From NCBI RefSeq assembly GCF_006345805.1, contig NC_043001.1, positions 10,602,001-10,666,000 on the forward strand: DNA of 64,000 bases. The letters are read 5' to 3'. The notes below the pieces were generated by a model. It saw only the letters and a program-made list of their open reading frames with translations. It was not told the DNA's origin and did no database searches. Every line of letters begins with the position of its first letter. Position 1 is the stretch's first letter. Source of the stretch: Octopus sinensis (Eukaryota). Positions 26,153 to 39,582 of this stretch are shown here, piece by piece. Position numbers and translations under genes: made by a program.

Positions 26153-27472
26153 TGTATAAGAAATAGGATCACATGTGGTCGTATCGTGTAGGAAATACGA
26201 TCGCACGCGGTTCTACTCTTAACGAATTATTCAAAGCCATAAAATACATACAACGACAATAGGACATAAGTGAATTGACACAAGTCTTCTGTTGGTAGAT
26301 AAATATTATTTATTTTACATATTTTACAATCATGTAAATTTTAAGAGTTCGTAAGCGTTAGCATGTTTTGTGTCTGTGTGTTCGGGTGGCGTGAAGCATA
26401 CCCAAAGGTACTGAACATAGAATTAACAATGGCATTTAGTTTACTGTTCATAGGGCAAGGTGCTGGAATCTACTCGAGAGGCTTTCAGTGTTGGTATAGA
26501 ATAGCGTAGCAACAGGTAGTAGCAGAGACAATCGCACATCTCTAAGTTGAGCAGCAGGTAGTAGCAGATGGCTTAAGGTAGTTCTTAGAAGAACTAGAAC
26601 TCAAGACAGATAATTGATTTACCGTTTATGAGGCACACGGAGTGTAAGAGTTCCATATCAAGATGTTGCGTCTCGTAGTTGAGATTAATTGAATCACTTG
26701 TTGTGTTTTATCTTTCTCTTGATATGGATATACTTCCAGAATTAACTGTAGCTGTTTTTCCCGTGGTGAGATTTTCACCTAACCGCTATAGTTGAATCTG
26801 TAGTTGTCTTGTGTACAAATTAAACCTTAGTAGATAGAGACGATGTTTGGCGATGAGTTGTGTCTGTCGCTTGGTTTTTGCTGCGTCTTCAATATATATT
26901 CTGCTTGGTTATTTTTCTCTAGTTATAGATATCCTGTAACCGTTCTTTCTCGTGGTGATATTTTCACACTAACAGTATGAGAGGAATCTGTAACATCTTG
27001 TATACAAGCTAAATCTTCGTGGATAGCTATGCTTGGTGATCGCCTGCCTTTCGAACCGGAACATGGTTGGTATGCTCTGCGTGGTCAGAGGTCCGCCCTG
27101 AAAAGGACTGTAACCTAAGACGAGCTCTGTGGTCAGAGGTTTAGCTCTGAAAAGAACTAAAAACCTAAGACGAAAAATGTCTGAGAATACTTCTTTATAT
27201 AAGGTTTATGTGACTCAAACGAACTTCGGAAATGAGAAGCTGTGATTGGCTGCTTGGAACAAACGGCGCGAAAATAAGCGGAGGCAAATCGCGTCACGTG
27301 ACAACCAGCGGTGCGAACGTAGTAGAGACCACTCGTGTCACATGTCAACCAATCAGCTTAGTGTTTACAACAGCGTTTAAACTAGCCAAAGATGTTTGTA
27401 ATCTCAAACGAGATCATTCTTAATACTCTTCTCAAACAGTGAAGATAGCAATGAGGAAACGATATTGCTACA
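26153..27472 (-). mobile_element. Solo LTR (~1.3 kb)
   Basis: Minus TGTAGCAATATCG...TTCTTATACA (TG..CA); E-box GTCACGTGAC, CCAAT, TATATAAA in order; AATAAA near 26310; set within a TA-rich satellite. Confidence 0.7.
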
Positions 27473-27542
27473 TATGTATATATGATAAATATATATATAA
27501 TATATTATATATATATATATAATGTATATATGATAAATATAT

Positions 27543-27585
<43 letters not shown>

Positions 27586-27723
27586 ATATTGATAAATATA
27601 TATATATCTATATGTATATATTGATAAATATATATATATATATATATGTATATATTGATAAATATATATATATATGTATATATTGATAAATATATATATA
27701 TATATGTATGTATATATTGGTAA

Positions 27724-27755
<32 letters not shown>

Positions 27756-27763
27756 TGATAAAT

Positions 27764-27794
<31 letters not shown>

Positions 27795-27934
27795 TATTGG
27801 TAAATATATATATATATGTATGTATATATTGATAAATATATATATATATGTATGTATGTATGTATATATTGGTAAATATATATCTATATGTATGTATGTA
27901 TTGGTAAATATATATATATATGTATGTGGGTTTT

Positions 27935-28120
27935 ATTGGTAAAAACGGTAAGATAACAAAAGGAAGAAAGAGACCTCAATATTACACAAATAAAGGAATT
28001 TATCTGTAAATATAATATGTGACAATTATTCGGTAGCCAAGATAAAACTTGAGTTTCGGATGCCGAGGGGGAAATCCACACCACCATCTCTTCAGTTATC
28101 CGGCCATCGGAAAAACAGGT
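27935..28120 (-). mobile_element. Penelope-like fragment with hammerhead ribozyme (28041-28100)
   Basis: Minus: GATAA CTGAAGA GATG...CATCC GAAAC TCAA GTT TTATC; stem I GATAA/TTATC is perfect. Confidence 0.65.
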
Positions 28121-28130
28121 GCGTTTGCTA

Positions 28131-28182
<52 letters not shown>

Positions 28183-28199
28183 GCTAACGCACCTATCCT

Positions 28200-28900
28200 A
28201 TGGACGATTTAAGTTGCTTTGGTGGTAAGTTTTGAAGCGACGCAAAGTAGAGCTACTGAAGTGTTTTGGGAGTAGATCACGGGTAATGGCTACAAAATAT
28301 AATTGTTTTACATGAAAACGAAACTTCTTGTCAGAAGCAGCCACATAAATGGTGTAAGGAAATTGATTGAAGAGATTGAAACTTCCCCCTCTCGTGTTTA
28401 TTTTATTCAACAGCAAAGGGACCCATTTTGTGGGGAGAGATAAACTAACAAACGCTCCTTTATTCTGTCTTCCCACATAGCTGCGACATAAACTAACAGC
28501 AAATAACGTATAATGTTAAATTGGTATGGAGCTTTCTGAAAGATAGGTATAGCTTTCGCCAGTGGAAGCAAAACTCTTATTTAAAAGCTGATTCTTTGGA
28601 CAAACCATATGTGATTGTTTAAGAAAGGCTAGAACGACAGTGGTAAAACGTATTTGAAACAATGGACAACAGTCGAAATATCATAATGGATGGGTAAATA
28701 AGCATCCTTAAAGTGAAACAATACATTGGTAGGTAATCAAAGGTATCAAAAAAATAGAAGAGAATATTACCTTTCAATTAACTCAGAATAGGTAAAGGTA
28801 AGCTGGCCAAAGTTTAATGCAGTTTGAATATGGGGATTTCGATTGTTTGGTATTGGATATTCATCTCGTACAGTGGTTCCTACGCAATTTAATTAGCGTC
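28200..28900 (-). pseudogene. Highly decayed L2/CR1-group LINE 3' ORF fossil
   Basis: LLNK..KAIPIFQK and TRGGSFNLFNQFPYTI..KKFRFHVK resemble LQKKAIRII and RGxxLWNxLPxxI..FKxxLK. Confidence 0.35.
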
Positions 28901-29965
28901 GTAGGTGGAAGTCGAAATAGACAAAATCCTTTCAATTACATAAAACGATTAAAAAAGTACGGAAGACCCTACATACAAAAACCTATGTCCATTTTCGTCT
29001 ATTTACGCAAGAGCTCTAGGCAAAATGTTATAGTGCAATGACTATCTTCGGAAAATAAGTATTATGTGTGAAGTTTGGTGAAAATCGATTGAGAATTGCG
29101 GAAATGTATACTATCGGCTTCTTTCAGTTTCCATCTACTAAATCCATTCACAAGGATTTTGTCGGCCCTATGCAATCGTAGAAGACACTTGCACAAGGTG
29201 CCACACTGTGGGACCGAACCTATGCATGCATTTAACTTTTCAACATAAATTATTTGCTTCAACACAAAAAATCCAAAACTCTTGGCGTACATCATCCACA
29301 CCATTCCTACAACCGAAATTACCAAAAATTCTTCATGCACATTCTCACAAACCCACATTTGCACACACTTTGGCAAATTAATATCTAGAATTTCCCATGT
29401 TTAAATTGTATAATTAACCTGGATTCTTGAACTACATGCCATGGAATTACTGTTGTTAAATTCTACCAGTAAGATTCAGCGGATCTATTTTCTCTGTAAG
29501 TAAATAGAAGAAAGAAAATTACATGCAACCAATTTTCGTTGTTGCATTTCTGAACTAACCTTTAAAATTTCCTATAAACAATATTAATATAATCTAATTC
29601 TGGGGTGAGACTTGCCTTAAAATATTGCATATATTGATCTTCCATATTTCCAACACATTTGCATATTCGAAACATATATATATACGAACTTATATTTTGT
29701 CCTCATATTTTTATGAGATTTTTTTCCCTCTATAAACTCACATGTGCGACTTATTTTTATGAAAAAATATCATATCTGGTGAAATACATAAAGAAAATAT
29801 TTCTTGAAGAAAAAGTGCAAAAGGGAAACAGTTCCATTTGTGAAAGAAAGCGAAACAAGAAAATTTCCAAGAGGAGACACGTTCTCAAGTCACTTGTGAA
29901 GTGTGGAAAAGAAAACAAAGAATCATCATCATCATCATTGTGTGAATGTTCACTTTTCCATGCTT

Positions 29966-30314
29966 ATTTCTTTATTGCCCACAAGGGGCTAAAACATAGA
30001 GGGGACAAACAAGGACAGACAGAGAGCTTAAGTATGAAAGGCAAAGTCGACCTCGGCGGAATTTGAACTCAGAATGTAACGGCAGACGAAATACCTATTT
30101 CTTTATTACCCACAAGGGGCTAAACACAGAGAGGACAAACAAGGACAGACAGACGGATTAAGTCGATTATATCGACCCCAGTGCGTAACTGGTACTTATT
30201 TAATCGACCCTGAAAGGATGAAAGGCAAAGTTGACCTCAGCGGAATTTGAACTCAGAACATAGCGGCAGACGAAATACCACCAGTGAGCTAACGTTTCAG
30301 CCAGCTCGTCACCT
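29966..30314 (-). mobile_element. SINE family B dimer (internally deleted)
   Basis: Flanked by TCACTTTTCCATKCTT at ~29950 and ~30315. Confidence 0.8.
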
Positions 30315-30724
30315 CACTTTTCCATTCTTGCCTGCATTAGACAGAGTTTACTGAAGCAGACTTTCTATTGTTGGATGCCCTACCTGTCACCAACACTCAC
30401 CTGCTCTGAAGCAAGGTAATATTTCCCTGTAGCCAGACGTATTTTACAGAATGCGGGAAAAGAATGGTACTGCTTGCAGGACCAGTGATGCTTGCTTACA
30501 ACCATCACAGAATATCAAGATAAGGAAACAAACACACACACACACACACTCAAGCAAACCCACTGATCAAGCTTTGGTCAGCTTTGGGCTGTAGCAGATG
30601 ACCCGTGTCCAAAATGTTACGCAATGGGATTGAATCTAAAAATCATGGAATTGGGAAATAAACTTCACAATGACACAGCCATGCATGCATCGATAATAAT
30701 GCACTTAAGAATAATTAACGTTAT

Positions 30725-31266
30725 ACAGTTCTATATTTAAGAGATGAGGAATTATGTATATTATTTACATCATTTACATTATTTACATTTGACGGGTATT
30801 TGTCCTCATCTTGTTTGTTGTTAACACAACATTTCGGCTGATATACCCTCCAGCCTTCATCAGGTGTCTTTAGGAAATTTCGAATCTGGGTTCTCATTCC
30901 TAAGGTATTTTTCAATGTTATTATTATTATTATCATCATTATTGTTATTGTTATTCAGGTTACTGCTTGGAATCGAACTCAGAATCTTGAGGTTAGTGGC
31001 CCGCGCTCTTAACCACTACACTACGGTCATATGGCGTAGTAGTTAAGAGTGTGGACTACTAACCCCAAGATTCTGAGTTCGATTCCAAACAGTGACCTGA
31101 ATAATAATAATAATCATAATAACAACATCGAAAAAATACCTTAAGAATGAGAACCCAGGTTTGAAATTTCCCCAAGATACCTGATGAAGGCTGGAGAGTA
31201 TATCAGCCGAAACGTGTTAAGAATAAACAAGATGAGGACAAATATCCGTCAAATGGAAATAATGTA
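30725..31266. mobile_element. Head-to-head inverted dimer of a tRNA-headed, hammerhead-bearing (Penelope-type) short element
   Basis: ~240-bp inverted arms; A-box TGGCGTAGTAG, B-box GAGTTCGATTC; CTGATGA-GGCTG/CAGCC-GAAAC; 12-bp direct repeat AATTAACGTTAT at 30713-30724 and 31267-31278. Confidence 0.8.
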
Positions 31267-31804
31267 AATTAACGTTATGGATAACAATCCTGTTAATGAA
31301 ACCGACAAAGGAAAACTGAATCCCATGAGAAAAGACAATGATCCAAAGCAATGATTTGCAAACTATTCAAAAAATTTTACATGCTGGTCCCCTTACAGTT
31401 TTTTCAATGATTCGAGGGCTCCTATAAAATGCAGGATAGTCAACATGAAAAAATAACATAGATTCGTGTGTTCCATAATTTCCGGACTATGAACCACACT
31501 GCCCATAGACTCACAACCCCGAAATCCAAGCAAAACCTCACTGGGATACAATAAACGCATATGATCAATTGGTTACAAGACAAATGAGAAATGAAAAATA
31601 CCAACAGCACATGTACGTTCAGCCATTATACCTGCATATTTTCTATCGACCAATCATACTTGTACAACAAATGTGATTAGAAAATGTGTATGTAGAAGTG
31701 ATGTGGGATTTTGAGGCCGACAAAAAAGGATAATAGCATGCGAAAAATTGAAAATCTTGAAATTTTAAAACTTAACTGTCTCAAGTCACCCTGTTTTCAT
31801 AATA

Positions 31805-32309
31805 CCGTAAATCCTCGAGTATAACCCGCATTTTTTCCCCAAAATTTAAAGGTCAAAACCCCTAGTGCGTATTATATACGAGGTTAAAAATGAAAAATAT
31901 TTTCTAAGCAATGTCCAAGTCTTTTTTTGCTGTCTGGTAATGTTTATTCAGACACATTTTGTGATGTCGGGTGTGAAAACGCCTTAAGCTAAGCCTGAAA
32001 GAATCATCCATAACTTGCAGTAAGCAACATTTATTAGAATAAAAGTATTCAGAACACAGAATAACATGTAACAAAAACAATTTGCAAACATATTTACATT
32101 CCCATATAGCAGTTAAGAACACCACCATTATTGTATTACGCATGCGCGGAAGTGTTTGTTCAACTAGGTGCTGCTGGCTTAATTACGCACAACTCAAGTT
32201 AGAGAAGGGGTGCATATTATACACAAGGTTTAGGCTTTTCAGAGGTACATCCTCCTAAAAATCCTTTACATATTATACTCAAGGACAGACTATACTCGAG
32301 GATTTACGG
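31805..32309. mobile_element. pogo/Tigger-like MITE
   Basis: Perfect TIR CCGTAAATCCTCGAGTATA / TATACTCGAGGATTTACGG with TA TSD. Confidence 0.85.
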
Positions 32310-33839
32310 TACTTCAGCGTCCCTTCATGGTCCCCCTAAACAGTGGTCTAAAGTATGAATGCATCTAAATTCGAGAACAGAGAATGGCTACAGAATATAT
32401 TAGGCATATTCCTTCCATAAAATGAACTAACAAACCTTACATCTTTACTTTTGTACCTGTTTGGCACTGAATTAAAATATAACCAACAGACATCTCGCTC
32501 CTTCAGAATTATAAACTCATTTAGAAAAACAAAAGCAAAAAATAACAAAATAATCAAACCAGTTCATTCAAGTTTTCAAGGAGACTCATTACCAAAATAT
32601 CTTCCAGTTGATGAAGACACTTGGATTTTAAAAATTCTTTCTTTTTACTTCTCTTCAAATTGCAACATAAAAAAAAAAACAGCACACAAAGAGGCTGATG
32701 ATGTGATCAAACAATGTTTAATCCATTGGTATTTAAACTGGCAAAATCTGACCAAAATATATTCTACCTTTTTTTATGTTCAAACAAACCAGATTTGGTC
32801 TCTCACACCTATGGTACAACGCCATTTAATAAATATACAATCACATCATCAAAATCTCAAAGATAATGCCTAATTAATTCAAAACAATATAAATAAGAAT
32901 TATAACACAATTTAATCTGAATGCTAAAGGATTAAAAACAATTTCCTATGTAATAGACAAACCAGTTCATATTCTTTGGTCTAAAGATGCAGTGAATCTT
33001 TGGTCTGCTATAGTTACTGAAGATCTACTTCCAGAAATTCCACCATTTCAATGACAGACTAACGAGTATTAACCACAAGGCCATCCATCGGGAAGGACTC
33101 GATATAAAATTAGCTAACTTGGGACCTTCCCTTTCCGTTATCAAAACGGATCGACAGTGACCAGACTCCATGTTTGCTAACCAACAAACACATTTGTGAC
33201 GTAGGCAAGAACCTACATACCTTTGTCATATACCAATAGTGCACCAACTTCAGTGAAATACTACATCAGCTGTATGATCTAACCAATGCACATCCATATG
33301 AAGCAGTAGTTAATAATACATGCATGTTATCTCTTTGAAAGCATCATAAAATGAAAGAACATCAATAATGTTATGGCTACTACACCATTCTAGCCATGAA
33401 ATGTAATGTAGGTAAACTACAAATAAAAGAAACAATTCTTATACAACAAAATAAAACAGAATTAGGTGTAAGGCTAATATAATCTGATTAAACTACTGCT
33501 GCTAATGCCACTGGAATTGTTGCTATGCTGTTAATACTGCTTCAGTTGCTATGAATACAAACACCACTCTGTTGTTGCTACTACTACCAGAGTAATCACT
33601 AATCCTACTCCTCCGACTACCACTAGTAATACTTCAACCACTTATACTGCTGCCGCAGATACTATCACTATAGAAGCAAATAAGCCACCATATTACTTTC
33701 ACAATTCTTTAAATGTTTTCCTCTATGGATGGGTATTTCACCCGAAATATTAGGAATTAATAGATTATACATCTTTTGCATTGTAAAAAGCTTTCTATTA
33801 AAGTCTGTTTTCACACACAGTCATCTGTGTGTTTTTATT

Positions 33840-34014
33840 GCATATATATATGCATACACATATATACCTATTTGTGCATATATGCATGTGTGTGCATACA
33901 CACATATTATATATATATACATATATATATGTATGTATATATATATATATACATATATATAATGATATATATATATCTATATATATATTATATATATGTA
34001 TATAAATATATATG

Positions 34015-34047
<33 letters not shown>

Positions 34048-34252
34048 GTATATATATGTATATATGTATATATATATGTATGTATATATATATATATGTA
34101 TGTATATATATATGTATATATATATATATATGTATATATGTATATATATATACATATATTATATATACATATATATATACATACATATATATATACATAG
34201 ATATATATATATACATATACATATATATTACATAATATACATATATATAACA

Positions 34253-34312
<60 letters not shown>

Positions 34313-34320
34313 TATATGTG
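33840..34320. repeat. (TA)n-rich microsatellite
   Basis: Direct inspection. Confidence 0.95.
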
Positions 34321-34826
34321 TGTCTATGTTTCGTGGGTTCAAGTCTATATCTCTAATACAGTCTCAGACTTCATCTCTATTCTTCTGGTTCTTCATTGTT
34401 ATGTTATTCACTTATTATTTTCACCTTCCAGCAGAATCTCGTTCGCCATAGAATGGTTTTTTATTTTTTTCTCCTTTATATTTTTTTTTTTATAATTTCT
34501 CTTTTCTTATATATTTTTCTCTCTTTGTTTTTTGGGTTTTTTTTCATTTATTTATCACGTTACCTTTGTAAATGTAACGCACAGATTTTGTCTTTGTAAC
34601 GAAATAATGCACCAACAAGTGACTTTGGCAGATTTCTTTTATAAGTCATTTGACTTGCTAATAAACAACAGCAACAAAATTTCACCTCAACAAACTCTCA
34701 GCCATCTTTAAAAACGATAGCATAAGATCAAATGAGACAGAGAGCTTCTGAATAGCCATACATCTTATTTAATGATACAGTCTAACTCCACCCTGACGAC
34801 CCCTAGCTCATAGACGTGTTGTCTAT

Positions 34827-35053
34827 GCGGCGAGCTGGCAGAAACGTAAGCACACCGGGCGAAATGCTTGGCGGTATTGCGTCTGACGTTACGTTCGGAC
34901 TCCAAATTCCGCCGAGGTCGACTTTGCCTTTCATCCTTTCGGGGTCGATAAATTAAGTACCAGTTACGCACTGGGGTCGATGTAATCGACTTAATCCGTT
35001 TGTCTGTCCTTGTTTGTCCTCCATGTGTTTAGCCCCTTGTGGGTAGTAAAGAA
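34827..35053 (+). mobile_element. SINE family B monomer with TSD
   Basis: ATAGACGTGTTGTCT 34810-24 vs ATAGATATGTTGTCT 35054-68. Confidence 0.85.
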
Positions 35054-36199
35054 ATAGATATGTTGTCTTCCTTCTCTGGTCACACACCAATTTGTCCTCT
35101 CTTTGCATGTTCAACATCTACTACTTTCACCTCTGCTCTTCAGAGTTATTCTTTCTCACGCAGCCTCCTCTTAGACAATATCAGATCCCTCATATTGTGT
35201 ACACACCCCAGGTTCTATCTCACTTCTTTCTTCCCTGAACGGATTCCCCCCTTGTAATTGTTTCTCTGCCCATGTTTCTTGCACTGCTACAAACACGTGA
35301 AACATTTCCTACGCTTTTATCCACAGCATCAGGTGGACTGTGGTGGCTGGTCATAGCCACATGAGCAACCTCCAAACAACCTACCCACAAAAAAAGAAAT
35401 GTTTAGGTAACCATAGGTGCAGGAGTGGCTGTGTGGTAAGTAGCTTGCTTACCAACCACATGGTTCTGGGTTCAGTCCCACTGCATGGCACAATGGGCAA
35501 GTGTCTTCTACTATAGTCTCGGTCTGACCAAAGCCTTTTGAGTGGATTTGGTAGATGGAAACTGAAAGAAGCCTGTCATTTATATGTCAACGTGGTCACC
35601 GTGACCGACCAGGCAATCAGATGTTGTTAGACATCGCTGGTCACAATGAGCTTCAAATTGTTTTAGCCTTCAAATGATGCCACCCCACTGACTAAGCGAG
35701 TAGGCCAACAGAAGAAAGTACCCAGAACATTCTGTAAAGTGGGTGTTGTTTGGAAGAACATTCAGCCATAGAGACCATGCCAAAACGGACAATTAGAGCT
35801 TGGTGTGGCTCCTGGCCTAACCAGCTCCAGTGAAACTGTCCAACCTATACCAACATGGAAAATGAATATTAAATGATGATGATGATGATGATTGTGAGAA
35901 TGAATATGACCACCATGCTCTTAAAAGGCCGCAAAGGTGGTCACAAACCAAGGGTCAAGAATGGCATAAACATCCCTAACTGTAATTCTTGTGCTCCTTT
36001 CTGCCAGGTATAATCTTTTCTGCTCTAGGCACAAGGCCCGAAATTGTGGAGGAGGGAGCAGTCGATTAGATTGACCTCAGTATGCAACTGGTACTTAATT
36101 TATCGACCCCAAAAGGTTGAAGGGCAAAGTCGACCTCGGCAGAATTTGAACTCCGAATGTAAAGACAGACAAAATACCACTAATCATTTCAAGTGCCTT

Positions 36200-36422
36200 A
36201 CTCTTTTTACTCTTTTACTTGTTTCAGTCATTTGACTGCGGCCATGCTGGAGCACCGCCCTTAATCGAGCAACTCGACCCTGGGACTTATTCTTTTGTAA
36301 GCCCAGTACTTATTCTATCGATCTCTTTTGCCGAACCGCTAAGTAACGGGGACATAAACACACCAGCATCGGTTGTCAAGCAATGCTAGGGGGGACGAAC
36401 ACAGACACACAAACACACACGC

Positions 36423-36498
<76 letters not shown>

Positions 36499-36660
36499 TA
36501 CGACGGGCTTCTTTCAGTTTCCGTCTACCAAATCCACTCACAAGGCTTTGGTCGGCCCGAGGCTATAGTAGAAGACACTTGCCCAAGGTGCCACGCAGTG
36601 GGACTAAACCCGGAACCATGTGGTTGGTTAGCAAGCTACTTACCACACAGCCACTCCTGC
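36200..36660 (-). mobile_element. Near full-length SINE family A
   Basis: Complete head-to-tail match with internal (TA)n. Confidence 0.85.
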
Positions 36661-36844
36661 TAACATTTCTGCCAGTTATAATCTTTTCTGCTCTAGGCAC
36701 AAGGCCAGAAATTTTGGGGGAGGGGGCCAGTCGATTAAATCGACCCCAGTATGCCACTGGTACTTAATTTATCGACCCCGCAAAGTTGAAAGGCAAAGTT
36801 GACCTCGACGGAATTTGAACTCAGAACAGACGAAATAAGAGAAT

Positions 36845-37045
36845 TTGATGTTACTGCCCTCATTTGTGCCTCCTGCTGTGAAATAGGCTTATCTGGGACT
36901 CTCGACAGGAAGAGAACCAGTTTTGATTTGAAATCACCTACAGCCACTTGGTGTAGGTCCCTCAAGCTCTTTGGGATCATACTAGAAAGCTGTGGGCCCC
37001 TGAAACCCAGACTGCTGCAGTAGCTGGTTATGAAGTGTGACGGCA
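36845..37045 (-). mobile_element. LINE (CR1/L2/Jockey group) ORF2 3' fragment
   Basis: SLGFRGPQLSSMIPKSLRDLHQVAVGDFKSKLVLFLSRVPDKP...RAVTSNSL. Confidence 0.75.
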
Positions 37046-37072
37046 TTATACATATATACGTACATAAACATA

Positions 37073-37487
37073 TCTATGATATAAATTGGACATGGGCGAT
37101 CGTTGTATTCTATCTTGTCTTGAGGTTCACAGCCAAACGGCTGGGTGGATTCACGTGAAAAATGGCACACATGTGGAGATGGGTGCATAGATTGGAATGC
37201 AGTTTGTAGTTTTTTCCTAACACCCATACTTACCGAGAAAATCGATGAAAACTTTTCTAGTGGAATTTCCCTCTTTCTCCCGCCATTAAAACAACTAGTT
37301 GCTTAGAAGCTGCTTTCTGACGGGGTGGGATCAGGAAATTTTCATATAGTTGGAGGCTCCAATCGAAACAGGGGACCCCGAAATGATAAGGTTGAGAAAC
37401 GCTGTTATAGATTATGCCTAAAGTAAAATGATCGCAGCCACATATATCATCCAAACAGACCGAGTGAAACCGGGCTTAGCTGCTATG
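37073..37487 (+). mobile_element. Non-autonomous Helitron
   Basis: TCTATGATATAAATTGGAC... to CCGAGTGAAACCGGGCTTAGCTGCTA; sister copy at ~42830-43240 ends CTAG. Confidence 0.75.
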
Positions 37488-37609
37488 TAGTACATTATGT
37501 ATGTATGTAGTATTATGTATGTATGTATGTATGTATGTATGTATGTATGTATGTAGTATGTATGTATGTAGTATATATATATATATTAATATATATATAT
37601 AATATATAT

Positions 37610-37640
<31 letters not shown>

Positions 37641-38160
37641 CACAGAACACTCAGACTTAGATACAAAGGTCAGAGAGTACTTGATCGGTACTTATTTCAT
37701 TGACCCTGGATTTTAGAATGTAAAAAGAGGAAAAACTAAATAATACTAGAACAGCTTTTAGTCCATTAATCTTTTATTTCCTGCCAACACATTCAATCAG
37801 AAGAAGAACAACAACAATAACAGACAGACAGAACTATAACAATAAGACAAAGATAAATCACAATGGTGGTGGTGGATTTGTAGCAATGACGATGATGATG
37901 GTGATAGTGATGATGATGATGATGATGGGCTGGCAATTATTTCTTTTGATTTAAATATAAAATTCAGTTTTTTATCCAAAAAACAAAAACAAAAAATAAA
38001 GCAAAACAAAGCAAAAAACAAAAAAATGAACAAAATGTAAATAAACGATAATTGTAATTAAATGTTATTGTTTGGTTAAACTAAGATTTTGCGATGGATA
38101 TATTTGTTTATCTTTTTTAAAACAAGGCAAAACATGGTTATTTATATAAAGCGTACTCAC

Positions 38161-38440
38161 ACGAGAGAGAGAGAGGGGGAGAAAGAGAGAGAGAGGGGGA
38201 AGAAAGAGAAAGAGAGAGAGAGAGGAGGAGGAAAAGAAAGAGAGAGTAAAGCGTTATCACCACAACGTACATTGTTTAAATCCTAAGTTAACGAACAATA
38301 AAATTTAATTTAATTCTTGACTGCACAGATCAGCGATTTTTAACTTGTTTTCGTTTGTATATCTTTTTCTTCCCCATCCACGGCACGTCGAAGAAAGACG
38401 CTAAAAAGTAATACGAGACGCCATTTTATCTTTTTTTATA
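38161..38440 (-). promoter_or_regulatory. Candidate promoter and non-coding first exon
   Basis: YY1-type CGCCATTTT 38419-27 in a locally CpG-rich unique stretch; minus donors GTGAGT after 38161 and GTACGT after 38271. Confidence 0.45.
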
Positions 38441-39582
38441 TTTTACATATAAAAATAAAACGAGAATTGAAATTGCTTTAAAACAGCTGAGTTTAAGGAA
38501 CAGACATGCACTGGTGCGGAGTACAAAATATATTGACTTTTTTTTTCTTCTATTTAATATCCTGGTATTTTCTGATTTACTTCAAAATCTCGTGATACAC
38601 CTGCGGATCATATGCGTCACATATGTGCGGGATCTCTTCAATTTGGCTCATAGATTTTTTTAATAATTATTTTTTAACTAAACAGTTTGAAACTTCGTAT
38701 ACTGGTGTAATTTCTCATGCTGAACACGGTTTACTTTCAACATTTTGGACAAAAATTTCGTGGTGGGTGGCGAAATAAATTTAGAGATCGTGAAAATCTA
38801 TCCATGAATCTCATTTCGTATTTCAGTGTTATGTTTTCCGTAGATGTGATTGCTTCCACCTTATATAGAATATCCGGACGATTTTCGTGTTGAATTTAAT
38901 ATATGTTCTTCAATACATCGGTTGTCATATTCATTGTAGGCATAAAATTATGGGTCGTCCCTGTTGTCACTTTTTTAAAGGCAATTTACTTTCACTTGTT
39001 TTACGACGGCAAACTGTATGTTAACCTGGTTCGGTAACGTGTACCATACTTTCGCTAATTCTTAAAGGTGCCTGTGTAGTCACATCAAATACAGAACATT
39101 CTTGCGCCTTCTACACGTAACCCTGTGAAACATGGAGGAGCTAATAGCGGAAGAGAGAGAGAGAGAGAGAGAGGCAGAGTGGAACCAGAAATCGCTATGA
39201 ACTCCTTTTTACCTGAGTACAAGGGAGTAACGAGAAACGAAGTGCCTCGCTCAATTACACAATTGCTGCCTGGACCTGGAATTGATCTCATCATCTTACA
39301 ACCTTGAGTCAAATATTCTAACAACTAGGGTACGTGTAAGGAGTGGGAGAAAGTGACAGTGTCGCTCTAGTTGTAAATCAGCTCAATTTCACTATTTCTT
39401 TTATCGCTTCTTTCTTTGATGAAGAGCAACAGCTCGAAAACGAAAGTTAAAATTTCATTCACCGTTTTTCTTATCTCTCGTACCATCAATTACTTTATCA
39501 ACTCTCATATAAACGTTATGTTAGACCGTTTCTCAAAAAAAAAGAAAGAGTGTTTTTGAGTTTTTAGCCAACGGACAGTTGA

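Noticed and set aside
32978-33004. Iron-responsive element (CAGTGA loop hairpin)
   Set aside because: 7-nt loop and no correctly placed C bulge; geometry not canonical
33121-33140. RNase P/MRP CR-I-like GGAAGGUCC
   Set aside because: No matching CR-V partner found
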